A stretch of 64,000 bases of DNA from Geosiphon pyriformis uo1 (taxonomy: Eukaryota; Fungi; Glomeromycota). Location: assembly GCA_016748015.1 (NCBI GenBank), contig JAAOMT010000672.1:257094-321093 (forward strand), in the 5' to 3' direction. Below, piece by piece: positions 1 to 14,420 of this stretch. The position numbers were made by a program, and so were the translations under genes. The stretch's first letter is position 1, and every line of letters starts with the position of its first letter. The notes beneath the pieces were generated by a model. It saw only the letters and a program-made list of their open reading frames with translations. It did not search any database and was not told where the DNA came from.

Positions 1-1449
1 TTACAAAAAAAAAAAAAAAATTGTTAAAAAATAATAACAATAATAATTTTTGTTTCATCAAAAAATATTTCCTATAAACATAAACAATAATTTAATATTC
101 TCTCATATTCACAAGATTCAAATTTTAAATTATTGAGAATTTCTATTTGAAATAATCAATGACTTAATTTTTTTTAAAATTTATACATTATTAAAAATAT
201 ATATTTCAATTTAAGAGAGAGAGAGAAAGAAAGAAAGAAAGAAAGAAAGAGTAATATATATAAAATCATAACTTTTTTCAGCTCAAAATTTTTTATATTT
301 AAAAGAATAATAATTAAAAGGAATAAACTTTACAAATAAATTTTTTTTTTAAAAATTATTCATTACTACTCTTATCCTTTTTCTGCAAAAAAAAAAATCA
401 GAGTTATACACTTCTTAATAAATCTATTTAATATTCATTATATACTCATATTATGATTCAAAAACACTGTTTTGTATTCGACACCTTTTCGATGAAATAT
501 CATCATCATCATTGTTTGCTTTAACTGAAATCTATTTTTTTCAAGAAAGATTCGAAAAAATTTATTTCTTATTCTTTCAAAATTTCTTTATTAAATTCTT
601 TAATCTTTTCAAGGGTCTTGTGACAAGAAATTTGCAATTTTGTCTCATATAACAAATTAATAATTAAAAAATCTTATTGAAATTTTTGTTTGTTAAAAAA
701 CAAAAAAAATTCATTTAAATTAAATGAAACGATAAAATGAGATAACTTTTTTAATCTACAAATTTTCATTTAAAATTACTCTATTTTTTAATAATTTATA
801 TATATATTAACATTGTATTTAATCTTTTATATTTCATATTTTCATTTTTTTATATGGCAAAATCAAAACTTATCTCCCAATTTATGTAATAAAAAATTAA
901 ATAGTGTATAATTTTTATTTTTAAAACAAGAAAAATTTTTATCAAGATATTTTACTTTTTGTTTTTGAAATGAAAATTTTTTATCAGACTTAAAATTAAA
1001 AAACTCAAATTTCTTTGAAATACTCATCTGTTATAAAAGAAATTTTGAAAAGAGGATCATTATTTGTAATAAAACTTTGATAATTTTTAATTTTCAAGAA
1101 ATATTATTTTGATGTTGATTATCGAAAATTTGAAAGACTTCTCATGATATTTTAGTATGTCAAAAAAATAATCTTCATGCGAATAATGTCCGTTCAAATG
1201 AAAAGCCTCCAATAATGTTGTGCCCATTTTTCAAAAATGGTGCGAGAACTTGAAATTTGATAAATAGTCCTTTTAGTAAGTTAAAAAAAATATAATGGAT
1301 AAAAAATATTTTACAAAAAAATTTTATGTCTTCTATTCTATCCTCTATATATATATAAGAAACCTACTAGCCATTTTAGCGGTCATCGCTGAAACTCTTG
1401 CAAAATAATGTCTTTTTTGACAATTTAACCCCAATTTTCAACTCATACA

Positions 1450-3875
1450 CTATGAAATATACTCCCAACTGGCCCTGGGTGCATTAGAATCATCCCACAT
1501 TGAAAGAAGAACTGACGCTCGAATCACTCTTGGCAATGTATAAGGAACCTTGTTAAGCCATAAATAGGGTTCCTTCAGATGAAAATAACTCCTTTCTGTC
1601 ATTGCTTCATTAAGATTTTGTGACAAATAATTTCGACCTTTGTATATGGCAGAAATCAAAACGCCATCAGATGGCCAACTTTGTGAGGCAGCCTGTAATA
1701 ATCTAATCACATAACTCGTTTCTTCCATATTGCCACTAGCATTAACAGATGATTGTTCACCCCAGCTACCATCTGCATGCTGCAAGGACAATGCATAATC
1801 TATTGTGGCTCTACAAAAGCTCAAAAGATCACCTTTTGTTTTAAACGAGGTTTTAGAGAGCATCTTTGGGTTTTGTTGAAGGGACAGAAGCACTTGTATT
1901 GATTTCATTGTTGTGTACCACGGACTGGAATGCCAATGATCTGTCCATATGCATTGTGAACTTCTCTGAGATCGAATAAATTCCAAGGCAGGGATAATAA
2001 AACAATCAATTCTTACTCTTTTGGAACCTTCTTCTGTGTCAACATCGACATCAAGCGGAAATTCCAACCTTTTTTTCGCATTTTCACGTTCGGCCAATAA
2101 GAATTGTACAATGTGCACATTAGAACTCGTTGTGAATGCTTCCTCATCTGGAGAGTTGAGAAAGTATTCCCCATTCCAGAAATCGTTAATAAATGGTTCA
2201 AGTTGAATAGAGTAGGAAGGATCGAATTGAGTGATTAAATAATAAGCAATCGCAGTTTCATCGACGCTCGTTGGCATTTTATTGTCAAAGCTAGCTGAAC
2301 GCAAGACACCTTTTTGTTCAATAAGCAATGCTCTGAGATAGCTAATAAAACATTGTAAAGATGCAATCATTTGTCTCAAGATTCGAGATTTTGAAGCACC
2401 TCTTTTTTGTCTTGAATTCATCATTGCGATTTCACCAAGTGATTGCAATACTGCACATGCTTCAAAAATTCCAAGATCACAAATGGTAGGTACTAGCCCA
2501 AAATTGGTCGCGAAGGTAGGTCGTTTCGCGAGCAACCTCTTTAAAAATTTGAACGCCTCATTATCCCAATCGTCTGATCCAATCAATACAGCGGCTGTGG
2601 CAGCTGGTGAAGATCCATAACTGCCATTATTTGCCCGGAAGTCAGAAGTTTGAAAATAGGATAGATTCATAGCCCCAATAAATGCTTCCAGCCAATGCAG
2701 AATTGTCGTACGCTGATGTTCCTCTGCCAAAAAGAAAATGTCTTTGAGTATATTCACATTATTATCCTGAAAAAGTTCGGCCTGATTTGGGAATTCCAAA
2801 GTTATTGGAGGCTCAAATTTTTCCAATTCTGTCAAGTGATAAGGAATAATTAATTCAGCACCGCTTGCAGAGCTGGTTTCGTGAATGTCCCATTGATTCA
2901 AACTAAAAGCAAAAACAGAAATTAGAGGGTCAAATTCCTGAGAAGAAAACTCGTTCTTAATGGCGATACTCAAGTTCAGGATTTATCTCTTTTCTTCTTT
3001 TTGAAAACTCACGCCAATCGTAAAAAAGCCTCGTTCCTTAAAAAAGCATGATCATATTGTTCCTAAAGGTTTAAAGAAATATTAAAAAGACAAATGCGAG
3101 AAAAGTGGAAAAACAATGGATTTCAAAAATGTCAACTGTTTACTCGAGAAATGCCCAATTCAGTCAACTTTTCTTCAAAAAAAGATTCAGTATTGATACG
3201 AAATTTTCCAAGAGCCAAAAGTGTTGCCATAGCACTTGAAACACTTTGATAACCGAAACCATTTGAACCTCCTTCAACATGTTGCACATCGATTAACCAG
3301 GTGAAGCATTCTGGAAATGCCAGTTTAAACTTGCTCGGCATTTGTATCCTTTTATATTGAGCTTCAGGCACCATCGAGAGCCAAGCAGTATCATACCCAG
3401 ACATTGAAATATCTCCAAAACCGATCCAATGTCTTTTCTCATCCTCTGCTGGCCGTTTTGCAGTTTGTTGTGGATTTCGGAAAAAATTGGGAGAAATATC
3501 CCTGGCCATTTCTTCTAATAAATGATTCGTATGGCTCACCAACTCTTCATTCAATATTTCTTGTGCATTAGTCAAATCTGGCGGTTGATTAGGAGGAGGA
3601 GGAGGAGGAGGAGGAGGAGAAAAAGGTGATGATGAAGGTGGCATGACCCTATTTCGGCCACGAGAATTGTAATTTGCAGATGAAATATCCCTCGCATTTT
3701 GACTATTGATCAATGAACTATCTGGTGTTGTTTCTTTAACGTGAAACTTTCGTTTAACGTTTTTATAAAAATTTTTTGTTTTCATGAAAAATTTCCCAGA
3801 TTTTTTTTGTGCTTTTTGAAGAATGTTTAGTTTTTTTGTTGGTATTGCACTGCCGTTTTGGTTGACTGATGACAT
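1450..3875 (-). CDS. Class II terpene cyclase (CPS-like, beta-gamma didomain), paralog 1; variant SVDE motif; ~744 aa
   Basis: Exons 3875-3144, 3062-3013 (50 nt) and 2902-1450, with GT-AG introns in phases 0 and 2. Motifs: SGYDTAW, LHWLEA, NGSYGSSPAATAA, VPTI, SVDETA (2257-2268), SNVH, WTDHWHSSPWYTT, QHADGSWG, NMEETSY, LWLNKVPY. The start Met at 3875 was chosen by comparison with the paralogs; the open frame extends to 4031. Confidence 0.88.
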
Positions 3876-6036
3876 TTTTGAGCGAAAGCGAAAACAGCAA
3901 TCCAGCCAATTGCAAACCAAATCAAGCATAAATGGGTGTATTGTGCGAACATGCACTTGGCCTAATAACCTGGAAACAAACATTGAGCGACTAAGCTGTG
4001 CGTGATCTGCATCAAATTCTAGCTGCATCATTGGTTAATTTTAAAAATTCTTGTTACCTTGTGCACAAACTCGAAAATAAAAATAACACAAAGGCGTCAT
4101 TTATCACAAGTTTTCTAACCATTTTCATTTTTCTCATTATATAGTATATCACACAAAAATGATTAATCCGTAGAGATCTCGATTGCTATCTCATGTGTGT
4201 ATTTAATGCATCAACATGAATTAGTTTCTAATGCATGGATTGAAATCCTGAAAGAAGCTATTTTTGCCAGCTGAAAAGCATTAATTATTCCTCAAATCTC
4301 GCAATATACCAAATTGAATATTTAAAAGTTTTCGAATAGCCAATTATTATTTTAATAATTGAAATCCCTTATTTCCATCACTTGGTGTGGAACATTATCT
4401 ACTGTTTCAGCGAAATGCGGTCACTGATTAATAAAAGCTGGTGTAACGTGTTCTGTAGCAAGTTCAAAGCCACTTTCGACTCTCCACCATTGAATAACAA
4501 CTAAAAACTAAATTGTTTATTGTTACTCGATTCGAAATCTGGTCACCTTGACCTTCACTTTGTTGAATAATTTCATTTTAACCATCATTATTATGAATAC
4601 TCAATTTATTAAACCAACACAAAAGGTAAATCTGAAGTTTTTTAATCTACGAAAAATTGGTGGATATCCTAAATCACATTCGTATTTGCATTTGTATTTT
4701 AAGCAATTATATACAGTGGATTTTGAAGTCAAGGATTTTCAATAGTCTATTTGTAAATAAAACGTAAACATACGTGTTTTTTCCTGCTTGGAGCTATTTT
4801 TAACATTTGTTTCAAAATTTTAGGTTTTTCCATTGGAGAATCCCAATAAAAAATAGCTTTGGTGACGAAATAATTATTATATCCTAAACCTATTGAGAAT
4901 TTAAAAATTTAAATGAATCTTTCAGTTTGGAATGGGATACTTTAGATCAAAATGTAGGTGAAATCAAAATTTCATTTTTAAATTTTTCATTCAGAAATAT
5001 TCATTCTTGTTCTTTAGGAAATAAATTATTTTTTGAATATAAATGTTAAATATGAGAATTTTACTTGTAAATGTACTTTGATTTTATAATTAAAAATTTT
5101 ATCTAATACATTCTATCAATGTATTGTTTTTATCAAAAGAATTTTGAATCAGAGATTGCATCATAATGAAAAGTTCTTTTTTGTTATTGTCAAAAGTACT
5201 GCTAATTCACTTTGAAGTTGACTAATATGTCTTGTGTAATCTCTCTATAGTTACTTGAAACGGTGGGGATAATGAAAAAAGTCACAATATTTGAAACATC
5301 ATGTCAATATTGAAACAAGGAAAAAAAAAGTGCATATTATAATTTTTTAAAGAATAAAACAAATACGGAAAGATTTAAAGAAAAAGATTGTGAACATGAT
5401 GATTACCTAAAATAAGACTAAGTATGACGACCAGAGGTTTTGGCCATTTCATAAATTAAAATTTTAAATTGACAGATATTCAAAATAATTTTATAGCGTT
5501 AGCTTGCAGCAAAATATTTCACTTCAATATTTTGTTGCGAATCTTAAAATTATTTTCTACAACATTTTTTCATTTCTCGTTCAAGGGGTCAACAGTTCAG
5601 TTCCTTTTGAAATCATCATCATGCTATCGTATGCCAAAATAGCTTTGAAAAATTAGTTACCTGAGCATTGGAAATAAAACTTTAGTGAAAAGTGTGATAT
5701 AATAGTCCATTTTTTATTCAAATATTCTATTGAGAACTGAATTTTTGCTAATTTCTTTGAATTTAAATAATATTATGATAATTTTGTAATTTTCCCAACA
5801 CTTTAATTTCTATCTTTTTGAATAAGATATTAGAAAGAATTATAATGATTACTACACGTTAAAACGAGTGAAAGTTGATCTCAATAAAAAAAAATTGAAT
5901 CTCTTTTTGAAAAAAATTTCACTTATTGAGTCTATGTTACTAAATCTACAATTTTTTCTCAATGCTGATGATAGTGTAAATGGCATCAGAAAAGTTAATT
6001 AAAACCTTTTTTTATAATGAAGAAGAGGCTACTAAT

Positions 6037-8503
6037 TTAAAGTGAATTATCCCAAAGCGAGAGTAAAACAGATGCCCGAATAACTCGGGGAACGGTATAA
6101 GATACTTCACTTTGCCACAAAAATGGTTGCTTATCGTAAAAATAATTTTTTTCTGTCATAGATTTAATAAAGAGTTCTGCGATTAATTTTTCTCCTTTTG
6201 CAATTGCAATGTCTATTTCCCAATCATTTATCCAATATTCTTTTGCCGCTTTTAATAATCGAACAACGTAAGTAGTTTCTTCCAAGTTTCCAATAGATCC
6301 CTCCCCAAATCGTTCACCCCAGCTGCCATCATTGTGCTGTGTAAAGAGAGCTTGTTCAACTGATTCCCTACAATATCGTAAAAGTGCAGGCTTATTGCGA
6401 AATGGTGATGTAGAGAGAATTTTCGGATATTGGGGAAGTTTAAAGAGAAACCGAAGGGTCCTTAATGTAGGATACCAAGGACTAGCATGGCATTTATCAA
6501 ACCAGCAGCCATTTTCGTCACGCTGCGATATGACGAAATCGATGGTTGTATGAATAATATGATCGGCATTTATTTTTCGACTATTTTTTGTTAGGATTTC
6601 AATTTTCAGGGGAAATTCCTGCCGTTTCTTAGCTTTTTCACGTTCAGTTACCAAAAGCTCTAAAGCGTGAATATTTGAAGAGATTGAGAAATCCTTTCCT
6701 TGCTTAAAGGATAAAAAGCACTCGTCGTTCCAGAAGTAATTGATCATTGGCTGAACAACATCTCGATGTTCTTTATCAAATGAGGAAACCAAGTAGTTTC
6801 CAACAGCTATTTCGTCAATATTTGCTGAGCGACTCTTCGAATCGAACCAACTCGATCTTGAACCTTTCGTAGCAACCCGGGTTTTGATATATTTTATAAA
6901 ACTTTGAAATGAAACTTTAGTTTGATTCAGATTTGATAATAATAGGGTATTTTCTTCAGTTTCGATTAAAGGTTCTGAAATTTTTTCAGCGATGCAATAT
7001 ATCATCCAATACGTTTCAAGAGTACCAATATCAAGCTTTTGGGAAATACTCTTGTTTTTCAATACTGAAGTTTCCAGGCGTTCGTATAAATTTTTATTCC
7101 ATTCCTGTGATAAAGTAAGATGGGCTGCTATAGCCGCTGCTGATAAGGTACCATAATGATTGTTGTCCTGGAAGTTTTGAGTTTGGTGTTTAGAATAATC
7201 TTTAAAATGAAGCGGTGGCATTAAAGAAGACAAATTTGTTGTTGCTTGTATTTTTGCTGCCTCGTGAAAGATTTCTTCGAGTGACAGTCCAAAAAGATTT
7301 TGATATCTATCCCCGAGGATGCCTCGTTTAGCAGGAAAGACAAAAAAAACCGGAGGATTAAGCTTTTCCAAGGCAGCCAAGTGATATGTGGTCATTAATT
7401 CAAATCCTGCTAAATGTTCACCATCATCCACAGTTAGACGACCAAGCCTTTAAAGCATTATAAAAACATTTAGCAAGTATATCTTATTCCCAAATGCAAG
7501 AAACCTTCAAAAAACTCACATGTCTTGTAAAAAGAGCTCACCTCTGGAAAAAACCTGATTAAATTTTGCCTGTAGTCTCGAAATGATGGGTTATTTTTAA
7601 AATTGGAGTCATGATTGAGAAATTTTAAATATATCATATTAATAACTTTGGTAGAGCATAGTATTGATGACTTACCATGGTTAAACCCAACTCTTGTATC
7701 CTACTTTGAAAGTAAGGACCAGATCTTTCCCGAAACATTCCAAGGGCAAAAAGACAGGCGAGAGCTGTTGGAATATTTCCAAACTCGGTACTATGCTGAC
7801 TTGCTTCATTTACTTGAGAATTTATCAGCCAAACCAAGCTTTCTGGGAAAGCAAGTCTGAAATGGCTTTGGTCTTCTACCATTATGTAATCTGACACAGG
7901 AACCAAAGATATCCAGGCGGCATCATAAAGTGAAATTGTTAAATCCTCGGAATCATTCTCATTTGAACTTTTTTCTTGTATTGCGGAAAATTCTGGTTCT
8001 TGGTAAAATTTTGGTGAAATATTCATAGCAACCTCATCCATTAAAATATTCATTTGTCCAAGTAAATCATTATTGCAAATTGGTTTTATTTCTTGTGTTT
8101 GGGTTTCGAGCACAATTGAAGAGCCTTGATTAGTCTCAGGAACTATAGTATTGGTTTTGAAAGAAGCTGGATCGAATTCTCTACATGTAACTGATAAATT
8201 ATGGGAATCATTTATAGCAGTAAAAGGGATAGCTGTTGAATACGGAATTGGTTGGTTGCTACTTCGTTTTCCAAAAACTTGACATTTGATATATTTATAG
8301 AAATTTTTACTTTTGCCCCCAATTTTTGAAGTGGGCTTTAGAAATTTTCGAAAAAGACTTTTTTTTCCTGTTTGGGTAGTTTCTCTCTTTTTAGAAAACA
8401 TTTTTATAAAGCCTTTAATGTGTTGCTGCTTTTCATAATCACTTTGAAAAGCGTTTTCTCGGAATTCTCGCATCTTAAACCTATTTATGTATTGCCTGAC
8501 CAT
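6037..8503 (-). CDS. Class II terpene cyclase-like protein, paralog 2; most divergent copy, NIDE motif; ~762 aa
   Basis: Exons 8503-7676, 7569-7520 (50 nt) and 7447-6037, with the same intron positions and phases as paralogs 1 and 3. Motifs: SLYDAAW, AGFE, NIDEIA (6811-6822), SNIH, WFDKCHASPWYPT, QHNDGSWG, NLEETTY, PRVIRASVLLSLW. The exact start Met is uncertain. Confidence 0.85.
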
Positions 8504-9739
8504 TCAATCTCAACTAAATAGGCAAAGTACAGAAAAATTATTTCAATTGATCTATTAAGGGATAAAAATAGTAAAACATTTTTCCTGCATAATAAAAGTG
8601 TAATACAGTTATGTACATTTGAAAACTATTTCTTTAAAATTTTGATTGAGTTGAGAGCTTTAAATCAGAACTAATAAAAAAATATGTAAATTTTACTCTA
8701 GTTCATTTCACAAAGAGTTACTATTCATAGAAGTGTAAGAAAATTGTTTATTTTAAAAATAGTTTAGCTTTAAAAACTATGAATGCTGACGCCAAACTTA
8801 AAAAGTATTAATTACAGAATATCAAATATTTAAAGGTTATTTTTTGATTCCATAGAATTTTTCTTTTCATGTGATATAGTTTGCCAAAGTTTACTTTTAG
8901 ATATTTCTAAAATCAAATGACAATTTCTTCGTCAAAAGCTAAATAATTGATTTATGAAAGACTAAAAATTTATTCATATTCGCTTCATATATATAGCAGG
9001 TAATCGTCTTGTATTTTAAAATGTATGCATCATATTTAGAAGGAAATTTATCATTACTTTGAAGACAATTCTACATAAATTGTTCATCATGTTATTTCCC
9101 GGATCAATCAACTTTCCTTTTTCTTCATGTAAGACCAATTTCCTTATGCGGGGGTCTCAAAATCGTTCCATGCTACTTTTATATTCGCTTATATTATCAA
9201 AATTTTCAGCCATTCATATTGGTTTAGAACATTCTGGTCTATTTTTAACTACACTCAAAAATAGGCTTAAAAATACATTTGGTTATTTTTAAATTGAGGT
9301 TAGGTGAGGATTATTTACCAAACAAAATTGGCCAGCCTAACTTTTATCAAAAATGGTTAACAATAAGGATCCGAATTTTTTACTGCTTTTAGAATGGGTA
9401 TTATATAGAAATCAGGTGTATTATCTATTCTATTAGAAGAATGATCAACATTTAATAATAGAGGTTTTGTTGCGAAAGAAAAAACCCCCTATAAAGTGAA
9501 AAAGTTTAATCCTGCTAAATTGTTTTGTTTAATTTTGTTTTAAAAAATAATATTGATCCTAATTGTTAAATTTGATCCCTTTTTATAAGCAAATTGTGTT
9601 GAATTTTCAACATGTCAAATTTTAAATTGAATCTGGCTCCCGAACAAATGTGTTTGTTTGATAAAAGGTAGTCTCAAAAGTATGAACTCATCACAGTTTA
9701 ATTACTAAGATGATATAAAATTTTTATAATGCTATAAAC

Positions 9740-12700
9740 CGTTAGCTTTGCCAGATGATAATCAAAAATTACTCTTGTCTCATAATATGCAGCCATACTC
9801 CTGTTGGTTGTTTGCCGACTTTTTTCAATTGTTCTATCTTTGGTTAATTAATATTACTTTTTTCTCTCTGATTATTTTTGTATGTTGGGGTGGTTGTAAT
9901 TTGGTAATGCTGCATGTTGTTTTTTGTGTAATTTTTTTATTATCTGTGTAAATTTTATTGATCAAACAGATTACAATATGTTGTTTTAAAGTTTTAAAAA
10001 AGCTATATCCATTGTAAATAAAATTCTTTGTAAACTTTTTATAATATTATTAACTTTATTTGCTAACTATTTATTGCTGTGTTATACTACCAAATTCTTA
10101 TTTTAGTATTAGGATGACTTTTGGCTTCTGTTTTAAACCACCATTTGGGAAAATTATAACCAGTTCAAACTATCAAGAATAATTTTTAAAATTATCAAAA
10201 TTTTAAATCTAATAATAGTTTTTAAACAGAAAGGAAAATAATTATTTTAATATTAATAATTTTTATTAAAATTTTTAAGTATTAAAAAAAATTTAATTAT
10301 TTAATTATTTAAATTGTTGAAAAATATTTGTTATGATACATTTTTAATAGAAATAAGTTATTTTTATGTAATATTAAATAATTTCTAACACTTTCGATTT
10401 AGATAAAATTTATGTACAGTATTTAATCAAGTGTTTTATAAATTAATATTAATTCTGTTTAATTTATTAAGATATAGTAATTAATTAATTCATTAATAGT
10501 AATAAATAATTTAAAAATAAATAAATAAGTAATTACTAACTAAATTGAATAATTGAATTACAAATAATTGAATAAATAAATTGATTAATAAATAGTAAAT
10601 AATAAATTATAAAAATTTAAACTATCTTAATTTTCTTAAAATCTAATTTTCAATTATAAATAGAATATAAAACATGTACAAATATATAATTTAGTAAAAT
10701 GATATTATTTGAAAAAATGCTTTTATTGTATTAAAGATAAATAAAAGTTTTATGTGATTTTTTGGTTATTTGTACAATAGTAAACATAACAAAGTATTAA
10801 CAAACTTTAGATTTTTTAATAACTACAGTGTTTATAAGAGTTTAAGATTTTTAACGCAAAATTTTTAATGCAATTAATAATATGATTAACAATAAAAAAA
10901 TATTAATATTTTAAATAAAAGAAATTTTAATTTCAAGGTTAAAAAATTGCATAAATACATGAGCATATTTTTGTTAATTAAAAACATAAATGTCTTAAAC
11001 ATGAAAAATTAAGTGAACTTTTAATATTATATTATGTTAAAAACCATAATAAACAGTGTAAAATACACTTAAAAACATTTAAACAAAATGTTTATAGTTA
11101 CAATCAAATTGTTATAAACCAAAAATAGTAATATCTTATTTGAAATTTTAAATATTATAAAGTATTAAAAAAATACAGAGCAAATAAATTAGCAAAAATT
11201 TTAAGTATAAAATACATAGCTAAAAAAACAGCAGTGTATTTTGAAAATATAAATAATATAAATACAAAGTATTTTTATAGCTTTGAATAAAATTTTCTAT
11301 TAAAGTTTTTTTCAAGTAACCAACTAAAATCAATTTTAATATGATTATTACTGTTACTAAAAATCAAAAAAATTTTAGCAAAAAACCAATAATTAAGTTG
11401 GTTGTTTCTATTGTCAATCTTTTATTTTGATTTTCAAATAGCTAAGCCTTAAAATTTGGAAACAAATAATTTTTTTAAGACATTTAAAAAAAATATTATA
11501 ATAAAACAAAAAAGATTAATAAAATTATATAATAAATAAATAAATAGTTAATCAAAAAATATTGTTAATTTACTTAAAAATTAAAAACCAAGTTCATTTT
11601 TTCTTATTATCTAAATACTTTGTTTTAAATCTTATTACTAATTAAAATAATCAATTAGCCAACTAAAATATTTTAGAATATTTAATAAATTTTCTTAATA
11701 TATTACGAACTTATAACAAAAAGTGTTCTTTTTAGTGTTTTTTAGAATATTATTTTTGATTCAAAATCTGCTTTTTTAGTTTTTTAATATTTATACTATT
11801 TTTGTTATAACTATATCAATTATAATATTTAATTTTAATTTGGTTAAACACAATAACTTTCTTTTTGTTTTAAATAATAACAGCCGAAACATATTTATTA
11901 AAACTGGTTTTAATTAATACATAATTGTATTGTTTAATATATTGAATTTTGGATTATTATTTTCAGTTCTAAAAACAAAACAAGTTATATTTATATATAT
12001 AACTTTTATTAATTAAAGATTATTTAATCTTAAAGATTAAATTAATTGACTAAATATATTAAGTATTTTTTTCTTTGTTTTTTAGAAATATTATTGAGTT
12101 TAATGATATTAAATTTTTTTGCATATATGGCTTTTGTTTTAGTGGTTAATAAAATTGCAAGATTAAATTAGCTTATATTAAAATATGTTTTATTTTTTAT
12201 ATGATTTTCAAAAACAATATTAGGCTTTTTTGTATAAAGTTTGTTTTTAAATACTACTATCAAAATTAAGCTCGTTAAGTTTCTTTTTTTATTATTTTTA
12301 AGATTGCAAAATTTTCTATAATATTTGTTTTTACTTTTGTCTTTATTGTTGTAATTTTGTATTATGTTTTTATAATCATTTTTTTATTAAAATTAAGATT
12401 GTTTTGAGTGTTTTAGTAAGATTTTAAATGTTAAGTTAAAGTTTGCTGGTTTTAACAATATATTATTGTGTATTTTAAGTTTTTAGAAATTGTTAATACT
12501 GTTTTTGCTTGTTGATTGGTTTTAATAATAAAGAATAATATTAAAATTTTTCTTTTATAAATTAAAAAAGGATTATTGTTTTTTAAAATATATTTAAGAC
12601 TAAATTAATTATTTTTTTCTTTGGCTATACAGTTTTTAAAATTGGTAATTAAACTTGTTTTATATCTTAATCTTTACTAAAAATTTGTTCTAAATATTTT

Positions 12701-14420
12701 CAAGTTCAAAAATATTATAATTAATATCTTAAAAAAAATTCTATTTAATAAAAAGCTTTTGGATTTAGTACTGTTATAAATTTTAAAGTTGAAATATTTG
12801 GTTTTTAAATATAAGCTTGTTTTTTTTTACTTTTCAAAATCTTTTTTTATGTATTCTGTTAGTTTAAAGTATTAATTTTTCAATTTAATAACAAAAGAAG
12901 TTATATTAAAATTGTTGTTTTTCTGTTGTTTAATTTTTATTGGTTTTTTTTGCTGAAATATTAAATAAAAGTGTGATCATAAAAAAAATGTTTTTGGAAT
13001 TTCAAATATTTTAATTGTTTTAACTAATTAAATTTGTTGCTTAGTTTATTAGCATTTAAATAAGTTTGGTTAAATTTTTTAAAAAATAGAATTCAGTAAT
13101 TAAAAATGGAATTGAGTTTTTAAAAAACAAAGTAGTAATATTATTAACTTAATAATTAATATAAGGATTTTTTTGGTTTTATAAAGAATTATTAAGATAA
13201 TTTTAATGTTAAATAGTTTGATCAAAATATAAATAATAAAGTAACATTATTTGCAAGTAAAAGTACTTTTAATAAGTTGATAATACTTAAGTTTTTTTAA
13301 TTAAAAATAGCAAAAAGTCAATTAGGGAATAATTAAGTAAATTTATAAAAAATGTAGATTATTTGAATTAGTATATTAAAAAATAAAAAAACAGAATATG
13401 TTTATTTCTTCTAACATAATTTAATCTTAACAGGTTTAAATAACTAATTACATGTTGTTTTTAGCATAATTTAAGTCTAATATATAATAATAGTGTTGTT
13501 TATGATTAAATTATATTATAAACAAAGAAAAAAATAACAAATAAATGCTGAATTTTTTGAGAACTGCTATTTAAGGAAATTAAACATTATAAATTAGTCT
13601 ATTTACTAATTAAAAACATTAAATATTTAAAAATTTAAAAAAACATGTATAAAACAAACTTACTGCTTATTATAAAACTATAATAAATAGATTTAACATG
13701 AATTAATACTTTTTTTAAGCAACAAAAAAACTGTTTTTATAACAAATTATATTAAGAGTTATAATATATTTAAACACATTAATTATTTATACAAATTAAA
13801 TTAAATAATTAATTAGTTAATGTTATTTTTCAAAAGCTAGTAATATGAATAATCAGATTTCAATGGCTTAATTTAGAATATTAATTGTAAATTAATAATA
13901 CCAATTTTAATTATGCTATTTTTTTGTTATTATTAGTCTTTATTACTAATCTCTTATTTTCTTAATGCTAATTGAATTGTTGAATTAAATATGTTGCTTT
14001 AGATCATGCATTAGAGAAAAATATAAATGTCAATGACCAAACTAAGAACAAAATACAAAAGAAACAGATTCATTAAAAATACAAAGAAAAAACGGATTAT
14101 CTACTTAGATATTGTAAAAAAAGGTGGTTTTATTTTAATACATTTGAGCTTTATGAGTTTAAGAAAATCTGCACATATAGTTTCAGGTATTTTAATCAAT
14201 CTTTTTTGGGTGTGGTTATTAGTTATGACATGTGTATGTTTGATTATACTCATGTTACCAATAAAAAAAATTATTATTGATAAATAAATTCTGTTTTTTG
14301 AAACAAGTTTATTTTGAATCCACATTAATATTTTTAATTTTTTGACAAACTTATATTGAAAATAAAAAATAAAACTGTTTATTAAATTTTTCATTTGCTT
14401 AAAAAGAAAAATTTGGGAAT
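9740..14420 (+). mobile_element. Heavily decayed AT-rich transposon relic, probably a non-LTR (LINE-like) retrotransposon
   Basis: An abrupt block of extreme AT content with no real ORF. Faint + strand remnants resemble a LINE ORF2 endonuclease (KNNIRLFCIKFVFK near 12210; a GDFN-like site near 12420) and the linker before the RT domain (MLNFL...LRKL near 13545). Boundaries are approximate. Confidence 0.4.

Noticed and set aside
3876-4031. 52-codon upstream extension of the paralog 1 ORF
   Set aside because: It has no counterpart in paralog 3, and the Met at 3875 aligns better, so it is probably 5' UTR.
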